Shown piece after piece: positions 29,775-44,148 of a stretch of DNA of 64,000 nt. The DNA is taken from assembly GCF_009914755.1 (NCBI RefSeq), contig NC_060946.1; one strand, given 5' to 3'. The position numbers and the translations under genes were made by a program. How positions within the stretch are numbered: the first letter of the stretch is position 1; every line of letters begins with the position of its first letter. The notes beneath the pieces were generated by a model. It searched no databases, was not told where the DNA came from, and was given only the letters and a program-made list of their open reading frames with translations. This stretch comes from the human T2T-CHM13v2.0 reference genome, Homo sapiens.

Positions 29775-29872
29775 GGCTGCAGTGAGCCCTGATCAGGTCA
29801 CTGCACTCCAGCCTGGGTGACAGAGCAAGAACTTGTCTCAAAAAAAAAAAAAAAGAAAAAGAAAGAAAAAAA
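29775..29872 (+). mobile_element. Alu 3' fragment (J-like) with an A-rich tail grading into (GGAA/GGGA)n
   Basis: ggctgcagtgagcc...cactgcactccagcctgggtgacagagcaaga followed by poly(A). Confidence 0.85.
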
Positions 29873-29912
29873 AAGAGGAAGGAAGGAAGGGAGGGAGGAA
29901 GGGAGGGAGAGA

Positions 29913-30195
29913 GGCCGGATGCCGTGGCTCACGCCATTAATCCCAGTACTTTGGGAGGCTGAGGCATGTGGATTACCTGAGGTCAGGAGTTCAAGACCAG
30001 CCTGGCCAACATGTTGAAATGCCACTTCTACTAAAAATACAAAAGTTAGCCAGGTGGTAGTGGCGCGTGCCTGTAATCCCAGCTACTTGGGAGGCTGAGG
30101 CGCAAGAATCGCTTGAGCCTCGGAGGAGGAGGTCGAGGTGAGCCAAGATCCCCCTGCCACTGTACTCTAGTCTGAGTGACAGAATGAGACTCTGT

Positions 30196-30233
<38 letters not shown>
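29913..30233 (+). mobile_element. AluS (Sx/Sz-like), full length
   Basis: ggccggatgccgtggctcac...acctgaggtcaggagttcaagaccagcctggccaac...; long poly(A). Confidence 0.93.
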
Positions 30234-30235
<2 letters not shown>

Positions 30236-31088
30236 AAGGAAGCAAGCAAGCAAGCAAACCACATGAACAAACACAGATGTTCACTATCACTAGCCACAGC
30301 TAAAATTAAAAGTAGTGATAGTCCCAAATGTTGACAGGGATATGAGGAAACTGGATCCCTCATGCATTGCTGGTGGGAGTGTAAAATGGTGCAGCCACTT
30401 TAGAAAATACTTTGGCAGTTTCTTTTCAAAGCTAAACATACATTTACCGTGTGACCCAACAGTTACACTCATTGTATGTTTGTCTCAGAATAAATGAAAA
30501 TATATGTTTATACAAAAACATGTACACAAGTGTTCATAGCAGCTTTGTTTATAATAGCCAAAAACCAGAAACAACAAAAACGTCCCTCCCTAAGAAAACA
30601 GTTAAACCAATGCAGTACATCGATGTCATAGAATATTTCTCAGAAATAAAAAGAGAACTATTGATACACACAACTTGGCTGGATCTCAGGGCATTATGTT
30701 TAATGAAAAATAGCCAGTCTCAAAAGAGCATATGCTATGTGATTGTATTTACATGGCAATCTCAAAATGATAAAATTATAGAGTTAGAACACAAATTAAG
30801 GGTTTCCAGCGGGTAGGCATGGTGTGGGGAAGAAGGTGGGGTTGGCCATCAAAGGGTAGCATGAGGGAGATCTTTGTGGTAATGTAACCAAGAGTAGGCT
30901 TGGCTGCTTGCCACTTGCAAAGCCGGTAACAAGGATGAAGTCCAGTAAAAGGAAAGTGACTTTATTTCCAAAGCTGGTAGTAAGGAATGGCTGAGAAACC
31001 ACTTTGAAATTTAGGCTGGGGAGAGGGGCCTAAAAATAAGAACTTGGAATGGGAGGTATGCGGTAGGGTACTCAGTACAAGGTCTGTG

Positions 31089-31662
31089 TGTCAGAGGCAT
31101 TTGAACCACAGCAACTCCGTCTTGAATAGGGGCTGGGTAAAATGAGGCTGAGACCTAATGGGCTGCATTCCCAGACAGTTAGGCATTCTAAGTCACAGGA
31201 TGAGATACGAGGTCAGCACAAGATACAGGTCATAAAGACCTTTTTAATAAAACAGCTTGCAGAGAAAAAAAACAAAGCCAGCTAAAACCCACCAAAACCA
31301 AGAAGGCAACAAGGGTGACCTCTGGTTGTCCTCACTGCTACATTCCCACCAGTGCCATGACAGTTTACAAATGCCATGACAACATCAACTGCCCTTTATG
31401 GTCTAAACGTTACCCTATATGGTCTATAAAGGGGAGGCATAAACAATCCACCCCTTCTTTAGCAAATAATCAAGAAATAACCATAAAAAAATGGGCAACC
31501 AGCAGCTCTCGGGGCTGCTCTGTCTATGGAGTAGCCATTCTCTTATTCCGTTACTTTCCTAATAAATTTGCTTTCACTTTATGGACTTGCCCCGAATTCT
31601 TTCTTGTGCAAGATCCAAGAACCCTCTCTTGGGGTCTGGATACGGACCCCTTTCCTGTAACA
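31089..31662 (+). mobile_element. MER41A solo LTR (ERV1)
   Basis: tgtcagaggcatttgaacc...ggacccctttcctgtaaca; 4-bp TSD TGTG; lacks the tandem TTCnnnGAA block found in MER41B. Confidence 0.9.
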
Positions 31663-32026
31663 TGTGTGTCTATTTCCAGGGGCCACCTTGAGCCCTAGTC
31701 CACCTGGAGCACAGGCTGGGATCAGTAACAATGGCCGGGTTGTTGACTAACCACCTTGGGGTAACCTCTGGAGTTTTTCAGCTTTGTCTCCATGCTTGGT
31801 CTGTCTCAAGATTAGTCCCTGGAACTTTTAAGTAAGCACAGAATTAGATACAAAGATGCAATTAGATACATATGCCTGGGGTAAAAGGAGTACACAGTGA
31901 GAAAGGGAAGGGAGTGAAGTTTCAAGGCTACATTTTAAGACTAAGAGAAAAGGATTTTGTTTCAAGGTTACATCTTGAGAGTGAAAAGAAAGGATAAAAG
32001 AAAAAAAGCTTTTAAAGTGTGTTTTG

Positions 32027-32355
<329 letters not shown>

Positions 32356-34104
32356 TTACAGTAATGGAATTATGCCATCTCTTGATTTCAGTGGTAGTTA
32401 CACAAATCTACACAGGTGATTAAATGTCAGAACTATACACACATGCTGCACCACTGTGAGTTTCCTGACTTTGATGTACTGTAGTAATGCATAGCTTTAT
32501 GTATGTATATATATATATATATGTATGTATATGCTTATGAAACTGGGTGAAGGGCACAGGAACTGATCTACTCTCTTCGCAACTTCCTGCGGATTTATAA
32601 TTATTTCAAAGTGAAAAGTTAAACTAGAGACTGTCAATCAATATTTTTTAGTATGTGAAATGCCTTTGATAAATGTAGTGTTATTATAACAGCAACAGTT
32701 TTATAATAAAATGCCTAGTCATCAGTGAAAAGGACAAAGCTACTTTTCTACTAGGTTAGGAAATATTGGGGCTCACCAGAAGCAGAATGCTGAATTCCTG
32801 TTCTCAGCCACACATGTCACAGATACTGAAAGCAACATGGCTAAGTAGGCTCTAAAGTGATGCTAGAGGCTGAAAGACCCGAGTGTGCATAAAAGTTTCC
32901 CCACTTTATCTCTTTGTACATTTCTTATGTCACTAATAGTAGCGACAAAGATGACTTGCTCATCTCTGACCCCTCAGCACCCAGGACAGCACCTTCCACT
33001 GAATCAGGCCTCAATTAATAATTGTGGGATTGCAAGTGTCTTTACCTTTCTGAACCTCCAATCCTTCTACTGAAAAATTACTATCTTTTTCCTCTATTTT
33101 CTATTTACCACCTCTTCCTGCAGGAAACTGGCATTTTCAAAAGCCACGTTTACATATGAAATCAACAAGATTAACACATTTATTGGTCTATTGTGCAAAG
33201 GAAGTATAATCACAATACTGAAAAGATGGCTAAGAAAGTTTTTTAACCACAGCTATCTTTGAGTGTGCAAATAGGGTTTCTGACACACAATCAGGAGGTC
33301 ATCAGACACTGAGACTTGTTCTGAGCTGACTGACGTCATCCACTCCCTCCCAGGAAGGTTCCCTAGGGGTGACTGCTGATTTGGACAACCAGTCACTTCC
33401 TAGGAACACAGAAATCAGACATTGTATGCTGCTTCTCCTTTAAGGAATTTCCTTTACTCTCTTTTTAATTTTTCTTCATTCCTCTCTTTATTTTTCACAT
33501 GAGACATGTAATTGGTCATTTATATAAATTAGAACCACAGACTAGAACAATCTTTGGATCTTCACTCTTATTAAATTTACAAGAATCTGAGGCCTGGATA
33601 GCAAGGCTTTTTCCTCAAGTTCATGTCTTAAGTCAATGGCAGAGCTAGAAATTCAACTTGATTGATTCCAGCAATCAATCCATAGCTCATGTATTCTGAA
33701 CTATCTCAGGGAATCTCAGAGCCAAAGTGCTCATCTCAAAACTAGTCAGTTTCATTCCTTATAAAGTTAAAAAGATGGTAAGCTAGGCTCAGAGCAGCCT
33801 TTCTTTTGGTGTGGGAAGAGGTAGGAGTTATCTGTGTAATACGGTACTCCCACTTGCTCTGTGTTCAGGACACTCACTCTAAGTTCAGCAGGATAGATCT
33901 AAAGAAAGTTAGAGGAAGACAACTCTGTCCACCCAACAAAATAAATCACTTTAAAATAAATATGTAATAAACAAAACAATTTTTAAAACTTTTAACAATA
34001 TCCACTGTGGGTACGAATGTAGAGAAATAGACACTCTCAACCACTAGTAGATAGATAAATTAGTACAGTCTTTGAGGGCACTATTAAAGAAAATTAAAAA
34101 TGTA

Positions 34105-35820
34105 TATAATTATAAATCTACCAAAGCGCATATATGATCTGTATGCTGAAAACTACAAAGTGCTGGTAAAATAAATCAAAGTCCTAAATCAATGGACTTT
34201 ATTCCATGTTCATGGACTGGAAGATTCAGCATAGTAAAGATGTCATTTATCTTCAAATTGATCTATAAACTTAACACAAATTCAACCAAAATCCCAGCAG
34301 GACCTTTTGTAGATAGATAAGCCGATTCAAAAACTCATAGAGAAAGGCAATAAAACTAGAATGGTTAAAACAATTTTTAAAATGAAGGAAGAAGTTGAGT
34401 AGTAAACTTACCTGATTTTAAGACTTCTAATAAAGCTACAGTAATCAAGACACTATGGTATTTGTGGAGGAATAGACATATAGAGCAATGGACTAGAATA
34501 CAGAATTGTAAAGTAGACCCACACAAATATAGCAAATGGATTTTCAACAAATGTATAAAGACAATTCAATGGTACTCCAAATATCCATATGCAAAAAAGA
34601 ACTTCAATTCATACCTCCCATTATATGCAAAACTTAGCTCAGAATGGATCACAAATCTAAATATAAAACATAAGACCATAAAACCTTTAGAATAAAACAT
34701 AGCAGAAAATATTTGTGTGCTGGGTTGGGCAAAGAGTTCTTAGATATGACACCAAAAGCATGATCCATAAAAGAAAAAAAAAGATAAATTGAATTTTATC
34801 AAAATTTAAAACTTTTACTCTGCAAAAGGCATTGCTAAAAGATTGAAAACGCACTCTATAGACTGGAAGAAAATCTTTGCAAGTGACGTATCTGGCAAAG
34901 AAGTAGCATGAAGCATACATGAAGAACTTGTGAAACTCAACAAACCCAATTTTAAAATGGGCAAAAGACTAGAATGACACTTCATCAACGATGTTTAACA
35001 TCTTTAGCCGTAAGGGAAATACAATACCACAAGAAGATAGCACTATATGTCTATTATAACAGCTAGTATTTTAAAAATACAACACCAAGTACTGGTGATG
35101 ATGCAGAGAAGCTAGACATTTGAAACATTACTGGTCAGAATGCAAAATGGCACATCCATTCTGGAGAATGGTTTGGCAGTTTCTTATAAACTTAAACATA
35201 TATTACCATATGGCCCAGTAATCCAACTCCTCTATACACACCCTAGAGAAATGAAAATTTATGCTCAGACAATTCTGAGCATAAATAAGCTGATTCAAAA
35301 GTTCATAAAGAAAGTGTGTATAGCTTCTCTATTCATAATCACCTCCAAACTAGAGGCAATCCCAATGCCATTCAGTGGATGAATGAACAAACTTACTGTG
35401 GTTTATCCACACAATGGAGCATTACTCAGATAAAAATAAATGAACTGCTAATGCATACAATGATTTAGATGAATCTCAGAAGTATTATGCTGAATGATAG
35501 AAGTCAGCCTCAAAGATAACTGTGATTTCTTTTATATGATATTCTTGAAAAGACAAAACTATACTGATGGAGAACAGATTTGTGTTTGACAAATGTTATA
35601 GATAGGAAAGGGTGTGACTAGAATGGAATAGCAAAAGAGAGGTTTTGAGGTTGGTGGAATTATTCTGTAACCTGATTGTGGTGGTGGTCACACAAATCTG
35701 CATATTTGTTAGAAGTCATAGAAGTATATAACTTTAGATGTATGTGTGTCATACATAGAACTGTATGAGAAAAAAAGGTCAGTTTTACTGTACGATGATT
35801 TTAAAAATAAAATTAAAATA
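34105..35820 (+). mobile_element. Old L1M (L1MC/ME-like) ORF2 3' half and 3' UTR
   Basis: gctgaaaactacaaa...catgttcatggactggaagattcagc...ctacagtaatcaagac...cacacaatgga...gattgtggtggtggtcacacaaatc; ORF track remnant WRNRHIEQW. Confidence 0.82.
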
Positions 35821-37102
35821 TGCATATTATTAATGGATCTAGCCAGTGATCATGAAATAATGATTTTTTTTTATTTTTAGAAGTTCTATTGTATTTTTAC
35901 TGAGCACTGTTGAAAGACACATCTAACACTTGTGAACCAGGTTTCCTCATCTATACAATGGGGATTCATTAAACGAGCTAATGCCCACAGTGTTTATAGA
36001 GGGATAGTCACAGAGCTAGTACCCAACAGTTGGTAATGACTGTTTTTCACCTCCCCTGGATGCCAGGTGCTGGAACCAGTTCAAAGAGCCAGTGTTGGCT
36101 AACTGGCCTTCCCAGTGCCTATTTCTCAGACTGAGGGCAGGGTTTAGTCAAAGTTGGATCTAAAATAAAAAGCATATTTCCTCCCTCCCCATAAACAATA
36201 TGTAAAAGAGTTCCTTTTCTTCAGTTCTATTGAGCAAGCTGTTTGCTTTCTCCAAGTCTTAGTTTATTCACCTGTACAACGGGGTAAATTAAGACTCAAC
36301 AAAATAAAAGAGACAGAGTACCAGACATCCAGGAAGCCTCCAATAAATCCTGGTGGACCCTGTGTTTGCTCACTTCAGCCCCCTCCTTAGAGCTCCTGAG
36401 ATCATCAGGGGAGCCTCAAGACCTGCCTGCCAAGGCAGAAGCCATGGCCTACCCTGGTCCAGCTCAGAGGACTGGTCTGGAACTTGCCCCACAAGTTCCT
36501 GGTTCATACCTTCAGCAGCTGAGCACTCAGCTCCTGAAGGACGCTCCTGTGCCCAGAGAGATGCATGCTCTCTGCCCCCCCGTTCTCTTGCCCACCCCTC
36601 GCTTGTTCCAGGAAAGTTGTACAGCTCATCAGAATCAGAGCTTTCCCTTTCTGAATTTTATCGCTGGGGCTCTGGGGCCTTCTGCAAGTATAACTCTAGT
36701 GCTTTGGGTAATTTAAACATGCTGCGCTGCTTAACCTTTTCTTTTCTGCTGAGCACCTACAGATTTCTTATGAGCCAAAGAGAAGTTAAGTGACCTATAA
36801 CCGCAAATCTGTGTAGCCTCAGTATCTGGTGCAGGAGAGGGACATTTGTAAATCGAAGGGCGTGTAGCTATCATCTTTTCCTGCAACGTGTGGTGGATCA
36901 GATGCCAATTCCCTTAAATGCCAAGCCTTCATTTCTGCTATGGGCTTTGTCAATCCCAGAACTCACAAACAGAAATCACACGCCCCAAAACAAACAAAAT
37001 ACTCAGTCTACAAGGAAGAGAAGTAGCTGATTTTTCTTCCCAATACATACAACTCTCACCCAATCTAGGACCTTTAAGAAAAAATAATAATAAAATATTT
37101 TC

Positions 37103-37587
<485 letters not shown>

Positions 37588-38311
37588 TTAAAACCAGGAT
37601 GCCTGGGTTTTCTTTATGAGCCCACTGGCCGTACTTAGATATGTAGATATGTATAGTTACAGTTGTCCTTCACAGCTGAAGACATGGCTGCTGACAATGT
37701 TATTTCCCGTGCAGATAAATTAAAATATTGGTGATAATGTTGCCCTTTGGTGGCAGATCCTAGAGGTCCCTCCAGCTTCACAGCTTGAGCAAGGCTGGGC
37801 CTACAGATGGGCCCTTGCATATTCTTCCAGCTCATAGCCCCTCTGGAGAGCATTTTCTTCCCTAAAGCCTGCCTGCTTCCTCAGGCCACAGTAGGGCCTT
37901 GGTGTTTGCTTTTCCACCCACAGAAAAAGAAATAAAACCAAATGTTTAAGTTACAGGTAAATCAGGACCCCTTTACAATTGGGCATTTATCTTCTGCCAA
38001 ATGCTTTCTCCCAGCAGTGCCTGCTGTTTACACAGAGAGAAGTAGGAGGATGAGTGAAAGTGGTTTGATTTGAAACATTTTTCATTCTCCCCTCCCCCTA
38101 CCCTTTTTGCATTTTTTAATGTTCTCCCCTTGCTTTCTCCCTTTCATGTTCTCTCTCTCCTTTAATGTTCTCTCTCTCCTTTCTCCCTTTTCTTATGTGA
38201 TGTCACCCACCTAATCCTCCCTCCTCCACTCATGTATGTGGGTCCTGGTCCTTTTGCTTCTTCTGCAGCTTTGTCCCCATCCACAGCCCATACTGTTACA
38301 TGGAATACTTT

Positions 38312-38604
38312 TTTATATATACATACTTTAAGTTCTGAGTTACAAGTGCAGAACGTGCAGTTTTGTTACATAGGTATACACATGCCATGGTGGTTTGCTG
38401 CACCCATCAACCTGTCACCTAATTAAGTATTTCTCCTAATGTTATCCCTCCCCTAGCACCCCACCTCCCCTCAGGCCCCAGTGTGTGATGTTCCCCTCCC
38501 TGTGTCTATGTGTTGTCATTCAACTCCCACTTATGAGTGACAACATGTGGTGTTTGGTTTCTGATCTTGTGATAGTTTGCTGAGAATGATGGTTTCCAGC
38601 TTCA
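38312..38604 (-). mobile_element. 5'-truncated L1PA 3' UTR (~290 bp)
   Basis: atactttaagttctg...ggtttgctgcacccatcaac...gaatgatggtttccagcttca; 15-bp TSD tacatggaatacttt at 38297-38311 and 38605-38619. Confidence 0.93.
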
Positions 38605-39031
38605 TACATGGAATACTTTCTAAGAAATGAAAACCTGAGTGTATCACTCTCCTGGTACATGGCGGGCCTCACCAGCTTCCCCCTAAGCCTCATCAGAGGA
38701 TCTAACAATTGGATCCCACTTCCTCCTACAGACTCAACTCCCCAATGCTCCACTTGACACTCTGTGCTTCAGTAATACTACCTTTCCTGCCATGGACTTC
38801 CCAGTACCACTCTGTGCACTGCTGTGTGCTGTGCCCTCAGCCTGATACTGCCATCTGCCTCAAAAGGCTTTGTTACTTACTCGCTATGAAATACTGAGCA
38901 AATTACTCAAGGTACTCTTTTGCCTGGATTACTATTACTTGCCTTTTAAGTTCAAATTCGAGTGAGACTTGTCTGAACTCATTCCTTCCCCTTAATCTGG
39001 ATTGGGGCTTTTTTTTATTTCTTCACTAAAG

Positions 39032-39248
39032 CAGAGGTCAATGAACTGTGGCCTGTAGGCCAAATTGGGCTGCCATCTGTTTCTATAAATAACGTTTTAT
39101 TGAAACATAGACACACTCATTTGTTTGCCTTCTGTCTAGCTGCTTCATGCTGTAACAGCAAAGTTTAGTTGTAACTGAGACCATATGTCTGGCAATCCCT
39201 AAAGTATTTCCTCTCTGACCCTTTGCAGACAAAATGTGCCCATTCCCA
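39032..39248 (+). mobile_element. MER58A-like hAT-Charlie MITE
   Basis: cagaggtcaatgaactgtggcctgtaggccaaat...aataacgttttattgaaaca...ccctttgcagacaaaatgtgcc; degenerate 8-bp TSD cactaaag/ttctaaag. Confidence 0.8.
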
Positions 39249-39950
39249 TTCTAAAGCACCATATCACAGCACACACTACATTATATGGAATCACTTTCTT
39301 TACATATCCATCCCTACACTAGAATATACCTTCTTGAATTGAAAATCTCAGCCTACTCGTTTCTTAGCAAAACATGGTGGTTAATAGTCTGAGTCTGAAG
39401 TCAGACTGTTAGAGTTAGTATTCTGGCTTTGTTAATTACTCATTATGTGATACTGAGCAAGTTACTCAACCTTTCCTTTCCTATTTCTTAATTAAATGCA
39501 GATAGCAGTGATACCCACTTCATATGCTTATTACAAGTATTAGTTAGATGTAAATTTCTTATTACAGTGCCTAATACTCAGAATGTACTATATAACTGTT
39601 GACCATTAATATTAATATTAATATCACCAGGCCCTAGCAGATGGTAGGTACTCAATGGATATGTTTGACATTGAACCATTCTTTCTTGATTTATGCCTTT
39701 AGAAAATCAGCAAATTAGAAAACCATCTAGGGTCACACTCGAACTCTCAACCTGAAGACTATGTTATCATTGGTTGCTGCTCTCTTCCTCTGTTCTTTAT
39801 CTTTTTCTCTCACCTTCAATGGCAATCAATTATCAAATCCTTTCAACACTAATTCCAACACATATGCCAAATCATGTTACATCCCTCCATAGTCACTATT
39901 TCTGTAATCCAAGTTATCATCATCTTAGGCCTGGACAATCTCAGCAGCCT

Positions 39951-40447
39951 ATGTCAGCAAGCTTTTGCTGTGTAACAAACCACCCAAAACTTATTGGTTT
40001 AGAACAAAACCAATTATGTAGCTCACAATTTTGTGGGTCAATAATTAGGGCTGGGCTCAGCTGGGTTGTTCTTCTGGTCTCTGCTGGGCTCACTCTTGTG
40101 GCTTCTGGGTAAGGCTGGGGCTGGGTGGTCTTAGATGGCCTCTGCCGAGATATCTCCTCTCTGCTCCACCTGGTTTCCCTTGCTCTAGCAGGTCAGCCCT
40201 GGCTTGTACACATGATGGTTGAGTCAGTTCCAAGAACGCATGCAAGGTCTCTTGAGTTCTACACTTGAGTATACTGTGACTTCTGCCCCATTCCATTGAA
40301 GAAAGAAAGTAACAAGGCAAGTACAAATTCAAGCCATGGAGAAACAGACTCTATCCTTTGACAAGAATGGCTGAAAAGTCACTCTGTAAGTGACATGGAG
40401 ACTGGAAGAAGAATAATCATGCCCTTTTGTGCAAATTATTGACCACA
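39951..40447 (-). mobile_element. Old MLT1 LTR (G/H/J-like) inserted in an L2 remnant
   Basis: gctgtgtaacaaaccacccaaaactta...gggctgggctcagctggg...; flanks gcct on both sides; L2 text on either side. Confidence 0.7.
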
Positions 40448-43400
40448 GCCTCCTCACTGGTCTCCCTGTTGTACCTTTACTGTTGCTCCACTCCAGGATC
40501 TGCACAAGAAACAGAGTGATCTTTTAAAAATATAAATAGATTAGATTACCCCTCTACCTAAAACCCTCCACGGCTTCCCATTGCTTTCAGAATAAGACAC
40601 AGATTCCCTAGTGTGACCTTGCAAGGTGCACTCTCTGTCTTCTCTCCATTCATTCTGCTTGTTCACTCTGTTCATCCTCCCCGCGCTTCCTCTGCTCCTC
40701 CAGTAGGTCCACCTTGCCCAGGCTTTGGGTCTAATGCCTGACTTTTCTGACTGCCTTGGTGGGGGAGATGGTGGTGACTTCCTTCACACCTGCCTGGCTG
40801 CCTCCTTCTTGTCTTTTGGGTTTTGACTTAAACTCAAGTCAGAGATGACCACCCAACTTAAAGCCCCATCACCTTGCTTCATTTTCTTTATAGCATTATT
40901 ATATTCTCTTATGTGTCCTTGCACATCTGTTCAGTCTTTCTCTTTCCCCACTTAAAATGGAAGCACCATGAGAATAAGGACCTCCTCTGTCTTGTTCATT
41001 GTCTCAGGGTCTAAAATGCTTCCCAATTCATAGTAAGTGCTCAATAAAGATTTGTATAAAGGGTGAATTTACTGAGTCATACCATATGCCAGGCTCCAAG
41101 TTAAGCACTTTATTCTCATTATCTCATGTAATCTATGCAGGAACCATGCAAGGTAAACATTTTCATCCCAATTTTACAGTTGGAGAAATCAAAACTCAGA
41201 GAAGTTGATGTTCTTTTTGAACGTAAGTCATTATTAGCAGTGACTATTCATTCTTCTCTGTTGCTTTACACTTCTTGTGGTGTCTTTTTCTGTGTTATTT
41301 ATTTGTTCTGTTCCATTTTGTGCCTTAGTGCACAAAATTGGGTTAAACCTAACATTTGGTGCACTTTGCTATTTATTTGGGGTGTTCACATGCCTATTAC
41401 TATAAAAAGTTAGACTCACAAAAATAGTGATATTGTCTATATACTATTGACTCAATATCTTCTGCCACCTCCAGTCTCTAGGTTGAGGCTATCTGTGATA
41501 TTTTGTCATATGACATGTACTGGTGGGATAAGGTGGATCTTAGGAAACCTCTGACTCTTAGAAAGGTAAGACTCACTGGAGATCATATCATCCGTCTCCT
41601 TCACACCACAAATGGAGAAGCAGAAGGCAAGAAATGGGCAATAATGTACCCAAAGCTACCCAGTGACTTCTGCCACTTACCAGCAGATTACACCAAAAAC
41701 CAGGTCTTTTATGGAAGGTGAGTCTTGCCATTCTTTCATTTTACTTTCCAAAGCAAGCAGAGGCAACCAGAGAACCAATGGCCAATACTGAGGTACTCTA
41801 AGCAGTCTCCTTTTTCCTCTTCCTCCACCCAGCAGAAATTATCTGTTTCCTTGAAATTCCTTCTGACGACAAATAGCAGGCACCTCTATGTCACCAAAGT
41901 ATTTTAAAGCTAGTGGGTCCAAGTTGACTTTCCATCCAATAGAGAGTACCACCATTGCATGTTAAATGCATTCAACAAAACCATCTCTTATGGACCCTAA
42001 GTGTGGCCTTGTGGTTCCTTGCCAGGCATCCATGGTGCCCACATCTCTTGGATCCAACCCTCTCTCTCCACCCTACTATCACCATCCTTATTGTGATGCC
42101 ACCATCTTAAATCTGGACTCAATGGTCACTCCTCACCCACTTAGCTCCCCTTTCGACTCCCACTCCCCACAAGCAGGCAGAGCATCTCTCTCTTGCCTCT
42201 GTTTACAGCCTTCCAGTGGCTTTCTACTCTGAGAATAAAAGTACAATGTCTTGGTGTGGCCCTGAAACCCCAAGAGGGCTGGTACCTCTCTGCATTGCAG
42301 TCACACTTCTCACCACCTTCCCCTTCACTCTGCTCTCAGGCCACTGGAACCTGTCTTCAATCTTCACTTCTGCTGCTTCCCCCTGACTCAGGCCTCTACC
42401 CTTGCTGTAGCTTCTATGTGGAATCACCATCTTGACCACCAAACCTTCCCCTGGCTCCCGTCACCTAAAAATCTCCTGTCCACCTGCTGCCTTCAGCATG
42501 TATCACTGACTCCAGGACATCTCCCTTGAATCTCTGACTGGGTCAGTCTCCCTAGTACAACTGTTCATTATGTGATATGTAGAGCATTTTCTGTGGGGAT
42601 GTATTTATGTGATGATGATTATTGGCATTGTGTCTGTCTCCTCCTTCAGGTTGTAAGCAGTGTGAAGGAAGTGACCGTGGATCATTTGCTTCTCACTCTT
42701 CTTCTAGAGCCTGACACTCTGCCTGGTGCACATGAGAAGTTTAATAAGTATTTACTGAATGAATAAATAAATGGCACTCTTGCTTGGGGTTTTCCAATTA
42801 CTGTAACCCATTGTTTGGCATGAATGACAGATTCCTAGGCCAATCAGAGTGAGGAGAATGGATAGGTGAGGTCCCAGGAGAGAGACAGTAACTCTCGGTG
42901 GTTACATCAAATGTCCAGGGTTGCTTACTCTCTGTGTTATTACTGAGCTTGGGTTTCAATATCTGTAAAAGAGGGATAATAATAGCAACCACATTAATAA
43001 TAGTCATAATAATACTCAGTAAGACACTGGGAGAACTACATGATTCTGTGTCTGGCAGATAGCAAGTGCTCCAAAGTGCTAGCCATTGTGGTTATTATGA
43101 GAATGTATCAAGATAGCCGTAGCAAAGGATCATTTTTCTAAATAAGCAGAGAGGACTATGGAAACCTTTTCTCTAAATACTGGTAAAATCCTCCTAAAGT
43201 TCAGAGTAAATGACAGCCATGCACTTATGTCACCTTGGAATCCTGACTCCATGCTTACTCAGGATTCCACCTTCCTTGTGGTCTCACTCTCCTTGCCCTT
43301 GTCTCTGCCCCTCTCCCGGCCACATTCCCCCTCTTCCAGCCAGGTTCCCCACCTCTCAGGTACTTGCTTAGCAACTGAATCTGTCTAGCTAATGAGGGTG

Positions 43401-43806
43401 GGAGACGAGCCTTCAGAATCATTCCACAGAGTCTCATCTTCCCCATTCTCCTTCTTCCTCACTGCCCACGCCTCTACCAATTAGGCACATCCTTTCCTGA
43501 AGGCTCTCAACTCCCCAGGAGTAGGACAGAAATAGCCCCCTTGCTTCAAAATCTGGAGCAGCATTTCCACCTCCACCAAAGACACACAGCTACACTCCTG
43601 TTCATTTTCCCTCCTTCCTTTTCACCAGCCTGCACCATTTCACCTCGACATCATTCATTCCTTACTGCTGCTTTGAACTTCGGAATTCTACATCAATGTG
43701 GAAAAGGCATGTGGGTAACAAGTGACTTCTCAAGGGACTTCAGTTTGCTCATCTGCAACACAGGCTGCTAGAAAAACTGAATTGGCTCTTCACACTGTAT
43801 TCATGA

Positions 43807-44148
<342 letters not shown>

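Noticed and set aside
31089-31662. MER41 as an interferon-gamma (STAT1) enhancer
   Set aside because: It reads ggggaggcataaacaatcc, i.e. the MER41A form lacking the tandem GAS block of MER41B.
36353-36793. 146-aa and 116-aa overlapping ORFs in unique sequence
   Set aside because: Non-ATG starts, no recognisable domain, no convincing exon structure; consistent with chance in moderately GC-rich DNA.
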